DNA of 61,635 bases from Pseudomonadota bacterium (GCA_003576805.1 QEVM01000004.1:1-61635), one strand, 5' to 3'; shown: positions 19,262 to 28,911, counted from the first letter of the stretch. Program-made: numbers and translations. The notes: a model not told the origin generated them from the letters alone.

Positions 19262-20446
19262 ATGGTGCACTACGACCCGTTCTCCGCCGAGGTGATGGAA
19301 GATCCGTATCCCGTCTACGCGCGCCTGCGCGCGGAGGCTCCGGTCCACTTCCTGGAGAAGTACGGCGCCTGGGCGCTCGCGCGCTTCGAGGACGTGTGGA
19401 CGTTGTCGTCGGACCCGCGCCTGTCGGTCGCGCAGGGCACGACGCCGTCGCAGGTGCTGACCAAGGTGCAGCCGGTGACTCCGATGCTGAACCTGATGGA
19501 TCCGCCCGACCACACCCGGCTGCGCGTCAAGCTGCGCGGCTTCCTGCTGCCGCGCGCGATCGGCGCGCTCGAGCCGATGGCGCGCGAGATCGTGACGCAG
19601 TGCCTCGACGAGGTGCTGCCGAAGGGACGCGTCGACGTGCTCGGCGAGTTCGGCATGCGGCTCTCGGTCCGCATCGCCTGCCGCGCCGTCGGCATCCCGC
19701 TCGAGGACGCCGCGCTGCTCGCCTCGCTCGTGAACCGCTTCTTCGGGCGCGAGCCCGGCGTCGACGGCATGACCGCCGACGGCCTCGCCGCCGCGCAGGA
19801 GCTGATCGTCTACTTCATGGAGCTCGTCGCCGCGCGCGAGAAGCAGGGCAGCACCGTCGAGGATCCCGTCAACCTGTTCCGCCACGCGGAGGTGGGCGGG
19901 CGCAAGCTCGCGCCGGAGGAGATCGCCTCGCATCTCTCGATGCTGATCATCGGCGGCTCGGAGACCTTCCCGAAGACGCTCGCCAACGCGATGTGGCGGC
20001 TCTCCGAGCACCCCGACCAGCGCGCCTGGCTGCGCGCGAACCCGGCCGCGATCCCCGACGCCTACCGCGAGACGCTCCGCTACGACATGCCGACGCAGTT
20101 CCTGTGTCGCACCGTGACCGAGCCGATCGAGCTGCACGGCCACCGGCTCGAGCCGGGGCAGGGCGTGTGCTTCCTGTACGCGTCCGCCAACCGCGACGAG
20201 CGCGAGTTCGAGAATCCCGACGTGCTCGACCTGCAGCGCAAGCCCGCGCGCATCCTCTCGTTCGGCGCCGGCATCCACTCGTGCATCGGCCTCCACGTCG
20301 CGCAGATGGAAGCGCGCGTCTGCCTCGAGGAGGCGCTGCGCCGCATGCCCGACTGGGAGGTCGACTGGGCCGACAGCGAACGCCTGCGCACGGAGTTCGT
20401 GCAGGGCTTCGCGAAGCTCACGGTGGCGTTCGCGCCGAGGTCGTAG
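19262..20446 (+). CDS. cytochrome P450
   Basis: Heme-binding FGAGIHSCIGLHVA, I-helix GGSETF and ETLRYD (ExxR). The ATG at 19262 is 14 nt after the first P450 stop. Confidence 0.9.
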   Translation: MVHYDPFSAEVMEDPYPVYARLRAEAPVHFLEKYGAWALARFEDVWTLSSDPRLSVAQGTTPSQVLTKVQPVTPMLNLMDPPDHTRLRVKLRGFLLPRAIGALEPMAREIVTQCLDEVLPKGRVDVLGEFGMRLSVRIACRAVGIPLEDAALLASLVNRFFGREPGVDGMTADGLAAAQELIVYFMELVAAREKQGSTVEDPVNLFRHAEVGGRKLAPEEIASHLSMLIIGGSETFPKTLANAMWRLSEHPDQRAWLRANPAAIPDAYRETLRYDMPTQFLCRTVTEPIELHGHRLEPGQGVCFLYASANRDEREFENPDVLDLQRKPARILSFGAGIHSCIGLHVAQMEARVCLEEALRRMPDWEVDWADSERLRTEFVQGFAKLTVAFAPRS

Positions 20447-20457
20447 TCGCGGGCCTC

Positions 20458-20501
20458 ATGGGGCTCGCCGCTCGCCTCCGGCTCGCTACGCGGGAAACGG
20501 G
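20458..20501. repeat. REP-like dispersed repeat, single copy
   Basis: ATGGGGCTCGCCGCTCGCCTCCGGCTCGCTACGCGGGAAACGGG matches the units at 32534..32663 and, in reverse complement, those at 56043..56397. It lies between convergent genes. Confidence 0.75.
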
Positions 20502-20549
20502 CAGGGTGCCGCCGCGTTGCGTCGGCGATTCATTTGCGGGCGAGCTCGG

Positions 20550-21329
20550 CTACAGGACGCCCGGGTAGGAGCCGCCGTCGAGCTGGAGGTTCTGGCCGGA
20601 GACGTAGCCGGCGTGCGCGCTGCACAGCCATGCGCACGCCGCGCCGAGCTCGGCGGGCGCGCCGAGCCGCCCCGCCGCGATGCTGGACGCCATCTCCGCG
20701 TAGGCCTGTTCGAGCGACACGCCGCCGCTGCGGGCGCGCAGCTCGGCCATCATGCGCTGGCGGTCCGTGTCGAAGCGCTCGGGCAGCAGGTTGTTGATCG
20801 TCACGTTGTCGCGCGCGACCTCCTTCGAGAGGCCCTTGCACACCGCGGTGAGCGCGCTGCGCGCGGCAGTCGAGAGCCCCATCGCGGGATGCGGCGCCTT
20901 CACCATCGCGGACGTGACGTTCACGATGCGCCCGAAGCGGCGCGCGCGCATGCCGCCGACCACGCCGCGGATCAACAGCACGGGCGCCAGCAGGTTGGCC
21001 TCCAGCGCGGAGAGCCAGCGCGCGTGGTCCCAGTCCTCGAAGCGGCCCGGCGGCGGGCCGCCGTTGTTGTTGACGAGGATGTCGGGCTCGGGGCACGCCG
21101 CGAGCAGGCGCTCGCGCCCCTCCTCCGTGCACAGGTCGGCGGCCACCGCCGTGACGCGCGCCCCGGTCTTCGCGCGGATCGCCGACGCCGTCGCTTCGAG
21201 GCGCGCGGCGTCGCGGCCGTTCAGCACGACGTCCACGCCCTCGGCGGCGAGCGCCTCGGCGCAGGCGCGGCCGAGGCCGCGGCTCGAGGCGCACACGATC
21301 GCGCGGCGCCCGGCGATGCCCAGATCCAT
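20550..21329 (-). CDS. SDR family oxidoreductase
   Basis: The ATG at 21329 is preceded by GAGGAGA. It has a cofactor motif ASSRGLG and NNNGG. I infer an active-site S...Y/K region, but did not align it. Confidence 0.9.
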   Translation of the reverse strand: MDLGIAGRRAIVCASSRGLGRACAEALAAEGVDVVLNGRDAARLEATASAIRAKTGARVTAVAADLCTEEGRERLLAACPEPDILVNNNGGPPPGRFEDWDHARWLSALEANLLAPVLLIRGVVGGMRARRFGRIVNVTSAMVKAPHPAMGLSTAARSALTAVCKGLSKEVARDNVTINNLLPERFDTDRQRMMAELRARSGGVSLEQAYAEMASSIAAGRLGAPAELGAACAWLCSAHAGYVSGQNLQLDGGSYPGVL

Positions 21330-21339
21330 GTCGTCTCCT

Positions 21340-22989
21340 CTATCGGGCGAGAACCGCGCGCAGCGCGCCGGGCAACGCGGCCGCGGCGTCGTGGGCCGCG
21401 TGCAGCGCGCGCCACGCGACGTGCTGGTCGGGTCGCACGAGCAGCGCGCCGTCGTCGTCGATGCCCAGCAGCGCCGTCCACGCTCCGTCGGAATCCGGCA
21501 CGTCGGTCCCGATCGCGACGACGCGGAGCGGCGCATCGGCGACGGTGCGGGCGGCGTCGCGCCAGCCGTCCGCGGCGCGGCCCGTCACCAGCGTGAAGCC
21601 ATCGTGCGCGACGAGATCGAGCGTCGACACGCGCGCCGGATCGCGCCCCACCCAGGCGTGCGGGAGGCGCGCGCCGGGACGCCCGCTCGGCGCGTACACG
21701 CGCACCGGGTCCGCGACGCAGGGATGCGGCCCGCCGTCGTCGACGAGCGCGCCCGCCTCGTAGCGGAAGCCGAGCTGCAGGCCGAGCATGTCGAAGTGCT
21801 CGGCCTGCGCGGCGATCGCCGCCGCGACGCGCGCCTCGCGGCCGCCGTCGTCGGGGCTCGCGAGCGCCTGGTGCACCTCCAGCATGCGCACCGCGTTGCG
21901 CAGGCTCACGTCGGCGTTCGTGTGCGCGACCGGCTTGCGCTCGCGCTCGTAGCTGTCGAGCAGCGAGACGTCCGCCCAGCCGGCCTCCGCGGCGGCGATC
22001 TTCCAGACGAGGTTGTGCGCGTCCTGCACGCCGGTGTTGAGCCCGAGCCCGCCGCTCGGCGGAAAGCGGTGCGCCGCGTCGCCGAGCAGGAAGATGCGCC
22101 CCGCGCGGTAGCGCTCCGCGACCTGGGCGGTCATCTGCCAGGTCGAGATCGTGCGGATCGGCACGGCGGCGTCGGGATCGCCCATCGCGCGCCGCACGAT
22201 CGCGGCGCAGCGCGCGGCGTCGTAGTCGGCGGGCGACTCGGCGTCGGCGTCGTAGGCGTGCATGAACACCCAGGTCGAGTCGAGGTCGTGCGCGACGAAG
22301 GTGCCGGCCGCGCCGGGAGCGGTCGTCCAGTAGAGCACGGCCGGGCGCTGCGCGAGGCGCGCGCGCAGGTTCGCCTCGAAGTGGATCATCACGAACGACG
22401 CGATGCGCGCCGGCCCGATCGGCTCGATGCCGAGCGCGCGCCGCACGCCGCTGCCGGCGCCGTCCGCCGCGAGCAGCCAGCGGCTGCGCACGCTGCGCGT
22501 GCGTCCCGTCGCGACCTCGCGCAGCCGCGACGTGACGCCCGCCGCGTCCTGCTCCGACGACTCCCACTCCCAGCCGCTCGCGAGCTCCGCGCCCGGCGCG
22601 CTGCGCACGTGCTCGACGAGGATCGGCTCCAGGCGGTGCTGCGAGAGATTGCGCAGCGGCGTCGGCGTCAGCGCGAGCACGTCGTCGCCCTGGCGCTCGA
22701 ACGGGAGCTGGCCGAGCTCGTCACCGAAGAGCGTCGTGACCCAGCGCACCGCGCCGGCGTCGTCGGGGCTCTTGCACGCCGCCGCGATCGCGCCCATGTC
22801 GGCGCCGGCGCTGCGCAGGATCTCGAAGCTGCGCGCGTTCACGACGTGCGCCGCCGGCGCGGGCGCCGGCGCGCGCCGCCGCTCGGCGACGACGCACCCG
22901 AGCCCGTGCTGCGCGAGCAGGATCGCGGCGACCAGCCCGACCGGTCCGCCGCCCACCACGAGCACGGGCGCCTCCGTCACGGCCTCCAT
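21340..22989 (-). CDS. FAD-dependent aromatic-ring monooxygenase (PheA/TfdB-like)
   Basis: GxGxxG (VVGGGPVGL), DG motif (LLAADGAGSGVR) and GD motif (FLLGDAAHRFPPSGGLGLNTG), plus a long thioredoxin-like C-terminal domain typical of phenol hydroxylase-type enzymes. Confidence 0.9.
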   Translation of the reverse strand: MEAVTEAPVLVVGGGPVGLVAAILLAQHGLGCVVAERRRAPAPAPAAHVVNARSFEILRSAGADMGAIAAACKSPDDAGAVRWVTTLFGDELGQLPFERQGDDVLALTPTPLRNLSQHRLEPILVEHVRSAPGAELASGWEWESSEQDAAGVTSRLREVATGRTRSVRSRWLLAADGAGSGVRRALGIEPIGPARIASFVMIHFEANLRARLAQRPAVLYWTTAPGAAGTFVAHDLDSTWVFMHAYDADAESPADYDAARCAAIVRRAMGDPDAAVPIRTISTWQMTAQVAERYRAGRIFLLGDAAHRFPPSGGLGLNTGVQDAHNLVWKIAAAEAGWADVSLLDSYERERKPVAHTNADVSLRNAVRMLEVHQALASPDDGGREARVAAAIAAQAEHFDMLGLQLGFRYEAGALVDDGGPHPCVADPVRVYAPSGRPGARLPHAWVGRDPARVSTLDLVAHDGFTLVTGRAADGWRDAARTVADAPLRVVAIGTDVPDSDGAWTALLGIDDDGALLVRPDQHVAWRALHAAHDAAAALPGALRAVLAR

Positions 22990-23002
22990 CGCGCGCCGCC
23001 GC

Positions 23003-23932
23003 CTACGCGCCGAACGGACTGGGCGCGGCGGGGCCCCAGTGCGACTCGGGTCCGGGGCCGGCGATCGGCAGGGCGCCCGTCGCGCTGCGCGCGTTGAAGA
23101 GGTCGCCGTCCGTCCAGTGCTCGTACACGTGGCCGAAGGGATCGCGCCAGTAGTCGTAGATCTGGCTGCCGACGACGTGGCGCCCGACGCCCCAGTGATG
23201 CGCGCGGCCCTGGCTGCGCAGGTGCTCGTGGCCGGCCATGAGGTCGTCGAGGTCCTGCACCTCGAACGACACGTGGTTGAGCTCGACGCGCCCGACGCCG
23301 AGCGCGAGGAACGCGTGGTGGTCCACGTACTCGTCGCCGCGGTCGAGACGCATGAACGCGGCCAGCACCTTCTCGCGGTCGCCGAGGTAGATCTCGTCCG
23401 AGTTCCGCAGGCCGAGCGTCGCGTGGTAGAAGGCCTCGGTCTCGCGGAAGTCGTTCACCAGCAGGACGAAGTGGCCGAGCCGCTTCACGCGCGCGGGGCC
23501 CTTCTCGACGGCGATCGGCGCGCCGAGGCGGCTGCGCTGCGCGGCGTTGTTCGTCGCGCGCGGCGCGGGCAGCGGCAGCGGCGGGCGCTTCTCGATGCCG
23601 TGCACGACCTCGATCGCGATGCCGTTCGGGTCGACGAGGCGCACGCGGCGACCGCCGCCCGGCTCGTCGATCGCCTCGACGCCGCTCGCGCCGGGCGCGC
23701 GCGCGACCGCGGCGAGGTCGTCCTCGCTCGCCGCCTCGAAGGCGACGCCGACGAAGCCGGGCTCGCCGCGCTCGGTCACGTGGACGTGGTGGGGCGCGTC
23801 CGTGCCGCGCATGTAGAGCGCGTCCGGCGTGCGCGCCGAGCGCACCAGTCCGAAGTCGGTGAGGAACGCCTCCATCGCGTCCAGGTCGGGCGCGCGGAAG
23901 CGGACGTGGGCCAGGTCGGCGACGCGGATCAT
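23003..23932 (-). CDS. two-domain VOC-superfamily extradiol ring-cleavage dioxygenase
   Basis: Two glyoxalase-like modules (LAHVRF..., LGHFVLLV...) with His/Glu metal ligands (NHVSFEV, HWGVGRH, YxxDPxGHxxE). Confidence 0.85.
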   Translation of the reverse strand: MIRVADLAHVRFRAPDLDAMEAFLTDFGLVRSARTPDALYMRGTDAPHHVHVTERGEPGFVGVAFEAASEDDLAAVARAPGASGVEAIDEPGGGRRVRLVDPNGIAIEVVHGIEKRPPLPLPAPRATNNAAQRSRLGAPIAVEKGPARVKRLGHFVLLVNDFRETEAFYHATLGLRNSDEIYLGDREKVLAAFMRLDRGDEYVDHHAFLALGVGRVELNHVSFEVQDLDDLMAGHEHLRSQGRAHHWGVGRHVVGSQIYDYWRDPFGHVYEHWTDGDLFNARSATGALPIAGPGPESHWGPAAPSPFGA

Positions 23933-24028
23933 CGGATCCTCCTGCGGGCACGGCGCGTGTTAGTCAGACGTATAAGCCGGCCGGGGCGCCTTGGTCAAGT
24001 GACTAATCGCGGCTATCGTGGGCGCCGC

Positions 24029-24703
24029 ATGGCCGCCCGACGCACGAGACGCCCGAGCCCGGCGCGCACGCGGCGCACGGCGGCGAAAGCCGCCGCGGCG
24101 GCGCCGCGCGACGACGTCTCGACGCGCGAGCGGATCCTCGCCGCCGCGCTCGAGGTGTTCGCCGAGTCCGGCTTCGACGGCGCCCGCACCCGCGACATCG
24201 CGGACCGCGCCGGCGCCAACCTCGGCCTCCTCACCTATTACTTCGACACGAAGCAGGGGCTCTGGCAGGCGGCGGTCGAGCGCGCCTTCGGCGAGCTCTC
24301 CGAAGAACTGGCCCAGGTCACGGCGCCGCAGCCAGGCGACGACGAGCGGGCGCAGCTCGAGCGCGTGCTGCGCCGCTTCGTCGCGTTCGTCGCGCGGCAG
24401 CCCGCGTTCATGCGCTTGATGAACGACGAGGGCAAGCGCGACGGCCCGCGCATGCGTTGGCTCGCCGACCACTACGTCGCTTCGATGAGCGCGGCGATTC
24501 GCGCGCTGATCGAGCGCGCGCAGGCGCGCAGTCTGGTTCCCGCCGTGCCGGTCGTGAGCGCCTACTACATCGCGCTCGGCGCCGCGGGCCTGGTCTTCAG
24601 CCAGTCGCCCGAGTGCGCCTACGTGACCGGCGTCGACCCGACGCGCGCGTCCTTCGCCGAGTCGCACGCCGACGCGCTCGTGCGCCTGCTGCTCGGGCCG
24701 TAG
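24029..24703 (+). CDS. TetR family transcriptional regulator
   Basis: HTH ILAAALEVFAESGFDGARTRDIADRAGANLGLLTYYFDTKQGLW. It is divergent from the dioxygenase operon. Confidence 0.85.
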   Translation: MAARRTRRPSPARTRRTAAKAAAAAPRDDVSTRERILAAALEVFAESGFDGARTRDIADRAGANLGLLTYYFDTKQGLWQAAVERAFGELSEELAQVTAPQPGDDERAQLERVLRRFVAFVARQPAFMRLMNDEGKRDGPRMRWLADHYVASMSAAIRALIERAQARSLVPAVPVVSAYYIALGAAGLVFSQSPECAYVTGVDPTRASFAESHADALVRLLLGP

Positions 24704-24704
24704 C

Positions 24705-26567
24705 TCAGGACGGAGCGACGGCCTCGCAGCCCGGCCACTCCGCGCCGGCTTCGGACTCGAACGGGGCAGGCACCGCGCCGTGCAACGCGCCCTCGGCCTG
24801 GAGCCTCCACAAGCGTGCGAAAACGCCGTCGCGCGCGCGCAGCTCGGCAGCGCTCCCGTCCTCGACGAGGCGGCCTCCGTGCAGCACCAGGATCCGGTCG
24901 AACGCCGCGAGCGTCGAGAGCCGGTGCGCGACCGCGATCACGGTGCGCTCGCCCAGCGACGTCACGATGCTGCGCTGGATGCGCAGCTCGGATTCCGTGT
25001 CGAGCGCGGAGGTCGCCTCGTCGAGCACGAGGATCGGGGCGTCCTTGAGGAAAGCGCGGGCGATGCCGACGCGCTGGCGCTGGCCGCCCGAGAGCTTCAC
25101 GCCGCGCTCGCCGACGATCGTGTCGTAGCCGTGCGGGAGCCGCCGCACGAAGCCGTCGCAGGCGGCCGCGCGCGCCGCCGCGAACACCTCGTCGTCGCTC
25201 GCGTCGGGCCGCCCGAAGCGGATGTTGTCGAGCACGCTGCGGTGGAAGAGCGTGACCTCCTGAGGCACCACGGCGAGCGCCTCGCGCAGGCTGTCCTGCT
25301 GGAGGCGGTGGATGGGCTGGCCGTCGAGCAGGATCTCGCCGCTCTGCACGTCGTACAGGCGCTGCAGCAGGTGGACCAGCGTCGACTTGCCCGCGCCCGA
25401 CGGCCCGACGATCCCGACCTTCTGGCCCGCCGGAATGAAGACGTCGACTTCGTGCAGCGCCTCGCGGCCGCGCTCGTAGCGAAAGCACACCTTGCGCAGC
25501 TCGAGCGTGCCGGCGCGGCGCCGCAGCGCGGGCGCGCCGCGCTCGTCCACGACGGTCCGCTTCCGGTCGATCACGCGCAACGTCTCGTCGACGAAGGCGA
25601 GCTGCTGGAGCGAGTCCACGAGCGCGATCGCGACGTCGCGCGAGCCGTGGAGGATGCGGAAGGTGAGCGCGCTCACCACCACGACGTCGCCCAGCGTGAC
25701 GGCGTGCTGCGTCCAGCGGTGCACCGCCCACGACAGCATGCTCGCCGCCATCACCCACAGCACGACGTCGTATACGACGCGCTGCCGTTCCGTGTACATC
25801 CAGCTGGCGCGCTGCGCGGCCGCCTCGTCCTCGAAGCGGCTGCGCAGCCGCGTCCACTCGCGTTCGCGCGCCGAGAACGCCTTGACCGACCACATGTTGG
25901 CGATCACGTCCACGAGGTCGCCGCCCACAGCGCTGCTGCGCTCGGCGTAGCGCCGGTGCAAGGGCCGCCCGCGCTCGCCCGTCACGCCGAGCCAGGCGGT
26001 CACGGCGACGACGTAGCCCGCCATGGCGAGCGCCATGCGCCAGTCGACGAGCCAGAAGATCACGAGCGCACCGGCGAAGTCCACGCAGGGCGGCACGATC
26101 CGCCAGATCACGGTGTTGGCGAGGGCGCCGAAGGTGCCCGCCGTCGCCGTCACGCGGTGCCCGAGCGAGCCCGCGAGATGGTCGGCGAAGTAGCGCATCG
26201 GCTGGCCGCTGAGGCGGCGGAACAGATCGAGCCGCATCGCGACGCCGACGCCCACGGTGGTGCGGCACGCCAGCCATCCGCTGAGCCGCCACAGCACGCT
26301 CTCCGCCGCCACGAGCGCGACGAAGCCGGCGAGCGCGAGCTGTGCCGCCTCGACCTGCCGCGGCTCGTGCGCCATCGCATCCACCAGCCGCTTCATCTGG
26401 TACTGGATCGCGACCGCGCACGTCGCCGCGCCGACCACCATGGCGAGCAGCCCCGCGAAGTGCCCGCGCCACGTGCGCAGGTAGTGCGCGAGGAAGGCGC
26501 CCGTGCTCGCGAGGCGGCGCGGCTCGGCGGGATCGCCGGCCGCGTCGTGGACGCCGGCGTCATCCAT
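24705..26567 (-). CDS. ABC transporter, fused permease/ATP-binding (MsbA-like exporter)
   Basis: Six-TM region, Walker A GPSGAGKST, signature LSGGQRQR and Walker B ILVLDEATSALD. The start at 26567 overlaps the upstream gene's stop by 8 nt. Confidence 0.9.
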   Translation of the reverse strand: MDDAGVHDAAGDPAEPRRLASTGAFLAHYLRTWRGHFAGLLAMVVGAATCAVAIQYQMKRLVDAMAHEPRQVEAAQLALAGFVALVAAESVLWRLSGWLACRTTVGVGVAMRLDLFRRLSGQPMRYFADHLAGSLGHRVTATAGTFGALANTVIWRIVPPCVDFAGALVIFWLVDWRMALAMAGYVVAVTAWLGVTGERGRPLHRRYAERSSAVGGDLVDVIANMWSVKAFSAREREWTRLRSRFEDEAAAQRASWMYTERQRVVYDVVLWVMAASMLSWAVHRWTQHAVTLGDVVVVSALTFRILHGSRDVAIALVDSLQQLAFVDETLRVIDRKRTVVDERGAPALRRRAGTLELRKVCFRYERGREALHEVDVFIPAGQKVGIVGPSGAGKSTLVHLLQRLYDVQSGEILLDGQPIHRLQQDSLREALAVVPQEVTLFHRSVLDNIRFGRPDASDDEVFAAARAAACDGFVRRLPHGYDTIVGERGVKLSGGQRQRVGIARAFLKDAPILVLDEATSALDTESELRIQRSIVTSLGERTVIAVAHRLSTLAAFDRILVLHGGRLVEDGSAAELRARDGVFARLWRLQAEGALHGAVPAPFESEAGAEWPGCEAVAPS

Positions 26568-27702
26568 ACGCGACCACGCGATCGCGGACGCGCGGCGCCG
26601 GCTGGAGGAGCGGGTGCTGGCGTGCGAGCTCTTCCGCGAGCGCGGGGCAGTCGCTGCGGCGGCCCGCCGCGTCCGGCATCGAGAGCAGGCCGACACGACA
26701 CGTGCGCCCGTTCTCCCAGCCGGGATAGTCGAGCACCGGATACAAGCAGATGCCTTCGATCGGCACGCCGCGCGCGGCCGCCGCGCGCACCTCCGCGCAG
26801 ACGTGGTGCAGCCAGTACGGCCGCGCCGAGCCCTCCGCGCCGGTCTCCGCGATCAGCAGCGGACGCCCGTATCGCAGGTACACCTCCTCCAGCAGCTCCG
26901 CGAGCGGCCGGTAGGCGTGATGCCCGAGCGGGATCGTGCTGCCGTGCAGGTACCACTGGTTGTCGGGGTAGAAGTTCACGCCGACGAGGTCCAGGCAATC
27001 GGAGGCCCCGCCGAGCGCGGGCTCGAGCCGGCCGCTCAGCAGGTCCATCGCCTCGAACTGCGCGAGCCGCAGCCGCTCCGCGGCCTCGCGCTCCGCGGGA
27101 TCGTCCGCGTGCGACACCAGGTGGATCAGCGGCTCCGCCGTGATGAAGCGGGCGCGCGGATCGACCTGGCGGATCGCGTCCAGCGCCGCGACGAACGCGC
27201 GCACGAGCTGCCGCTTCAGCTCGGCGCCGCGGCCGACGTCGAGCGGGTTGATGCGTCCCACCTCGCCGCCGGCCCACGCCCAGTACGAGACCTCGTTGAC
27301 GGGGCAGTACCAGGGCACCTCCTCGGTCTCGCCGCGCACGATGCGCGCCGCCTCGGCCGCGAAGCGCGCGAAGCGCTCCGGGAATGCGGCGGACGCGATG
27401 TCGAGATGGTCCGGCCATCCGTAGTGACAGAGATCCCAGACGACCTGCGTGCCGGTCGCAGCGGCGGCGCGCAGCATCGGAAGGAAGCTCGACCAGTCGC
27501 AGCGGCCAGGGGATGCTTCGATGCGATGCCAGCGCAGTCCGTCGCGCACGCTGCGCACGCCGTGGCGGGCGAGCTCCTCGTAGTCGCGCCGTGCGAACGC
27601 GTCGTGGCGCGTCGCGGCCAGCAGGTCGAGCCGAACGCCGTCCGCACGCCGGTGCGACGAGCACTCGAAGCCGCCGAGAAACGTCGAGCGAAAGGCGCCC
27701 AT
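26560..27702 (-). CDS. glycoside hydrolase family 1-like protein (short form)
   Basis: The ATG at 27702 gives MGAFRSTFLGGFECSSH. It has NEVSYWAW (acid/base NE) and IAETG (nucleophile E), typical of clan GH-A / GH1-like enzymes. Confidence 0.75.
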   Translation of the reverse strand: MGAFRSTFLGGFECSSHRRADGVRLDLLAATRHDAFARRDYEELARHGVRSVRDGLRWHRIEASPGRCDWSSFLPMLRAAAATGTQVVWDLCHYGWPDHLDIASAAFPERFARFAAEAARIVRGETEEVPWYCPVNEVSYWAWAGGEVGRINPLDVGRGAELKRQLVRAFVAALDAIRQVDPRARFITAEPLIHLVSHADDPAEREAAERLRLAQFEAMDLLSGRLEPALGGASDCLDLVGVNFYPDNQWYLHGSTIPLGHHAYRPLAELLEEVYLRYGRPLLIAETGAEGSARPYWLHHVCAEVRAAAARGVPIEGICLYPVLDYPGWENGRTCRVGLLSMPDAAGRRSDCPALAEELARQHPLLQPAPRVRDRVVAYG

Positions 27703-27996
27703 CACGCGCGGTCCTCGTTCGCGCGCCGCGCAAAGCGATCGCGCGCGGTGCGCGAGAGAGCTGCGAAGGAAGCTGCAGGTGGGATCGCGCGGTCGGGTCG
27801 CGCCCGCTCCGCATCGCGCGTCGGGCATGCTGCGCGATTGAACATCTCGCCGGCGAAGATCGGCACGGTCTTGCTCGCTGCTCCGTCCGGGCGGCGGCCC
27901 GCACGCGGCCCGTCGGACGACGGGCGGGAGCAACTCGTGTGCCAGCGAGAGACGGAGAAGTGCGGACGGACGCGATCGGTGCGGCGCGGGCGCGCG

Positions 27997-28278
27997 CTAC
28001 TCGAGGATCCGGCCCGCCAGCGCGCACATGCCGAAGACGATGCCGAGCGCGACGCCGCCGAACACGATCAGCGCGAGCGACGCCTCGGGGAAGATCATGC
28101 GCGTGAGGAAGGGGCCGATCAGCGCGAAGCCGGCGATCGTGATCCAGACCGAGCGCGAGTCGCGCAGCTCCTTGCGCACGGCGTCCCGCCAGCCGCGGCG
28201 GATCGGCGTCACGTTCGACGGCTTCGAACGTTTCGAATCGGGACTCATGCGCGGACTCTCCGGAGCGGGCGCGGACAC
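27997..28278 (-). CDS. small two-TM membrane protein, hypothetical
   Basis: Two hydrophobic helices (WITIAGFALIGPFL, LALIVFGGVALGIVFGMCALAG). The start is ambiguous (28278 or 28248). Confidence 0.45.
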   Translation of the reverse strand: MSAPAPESPRMSPDSKRSKPSNVTPIRRGWRDAVRKELRDSRSVWITIAGFALIGPFLTRMIFPEASLALIVFGGVALGIVFGMCALAGRILE

Positions 28279-28287
28279 GGTTGCAGC

Positions 28288-28911
28288 TTAGGCCCCGGCG
28301 CCCCAGGTGGCGAGCAGGTCGTCGCTCTCGACGAGCGTCGCGACGGCGCCCAGCGTGTGCGCGAAGACCGCGTCGACGTACGCGCGCGGGAAGCCGGCGA
28401 CCGCGTCGCGCGGGATCACGACCTGGTAGCCCGCGTTCACCGCGTCGAAGGCGAGGTTCGTGATCGCGACGTTCACCGAGACGCCGACGCCGACGACCGT
28501 GCGCACGCCGAGGTTGCGCAGCACGAAGTCGAGCTCGGTGCCCTGGAACGGCGAGAGACCGTGCAGGCGCGGCAGCACGAGGTCGGCGTCGTGCACGGGC
28601 ACCTCGGGCACGATCTGCGCGGCGTCGCTGCCGGGCAGCAGCTTCACGGGCGCCTTCGCCATGTACTGGAAGATGCGCGCGTTGGCGTTCGCGCCCTTGC
28701 CGTCGGCGCGGCGCTCGGCGGTGCAGTGGATCACCGGCACGCCGGCGGCGCGCGCCGCCGCGGCGAGCGCCGCGATCCGCGGCAGCGCGTCGCGCGCGTT
28801 CTCCGCCAGCTCCGGGAGCTGCGAGAGGTCGCCGACGACGCCGCGCTGGATCTCCTGCGTGACGAGCGCGCTGTGGCGCGGGTCGGCGAGCCGGAGCAGG
28901 TCGATCGGCAT
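28288..28911 (-). CDS. isochorismatase-family hydrolase
   Basis: ALVTQEIQ..., VPVIHC, K...F... and the GVSVNVAITNLAFDA block match the isochorismatase fold. The position that usually holds the catalytic Cys appears to be Ala. Confidence 0.8.
   Translation of the reverse strand: MPIDLLRLADPRHSALVTQEIQRGVVGDLSQLPELAENARDALPRIAALAAAARAAGVPVIHCTAERRADGKGANANARIFQYMAKAPVKLLPGSDAAQIVPEVPVHDADLVLPRLHGLSPFQGTELDFVLRNLGVRTVVGVGVSVNVAITNLAFDAVNAGYQVVIPRDAVAGFPRAYVDAVFAHTLGAVATLVESDDLLATWGAGA

Noticed and set aside
28288-28911. Calling this gene a nicotinamidase/pyrazinamidase (pncA) or a generic cysteine hydrolase.
   Set aside because: In my by-eye alignment, the block where the catalytic Cys normally sits reads VNVAITN, with Ala in place of Cys. 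I retain only the family-level isochorismatase-fold call.
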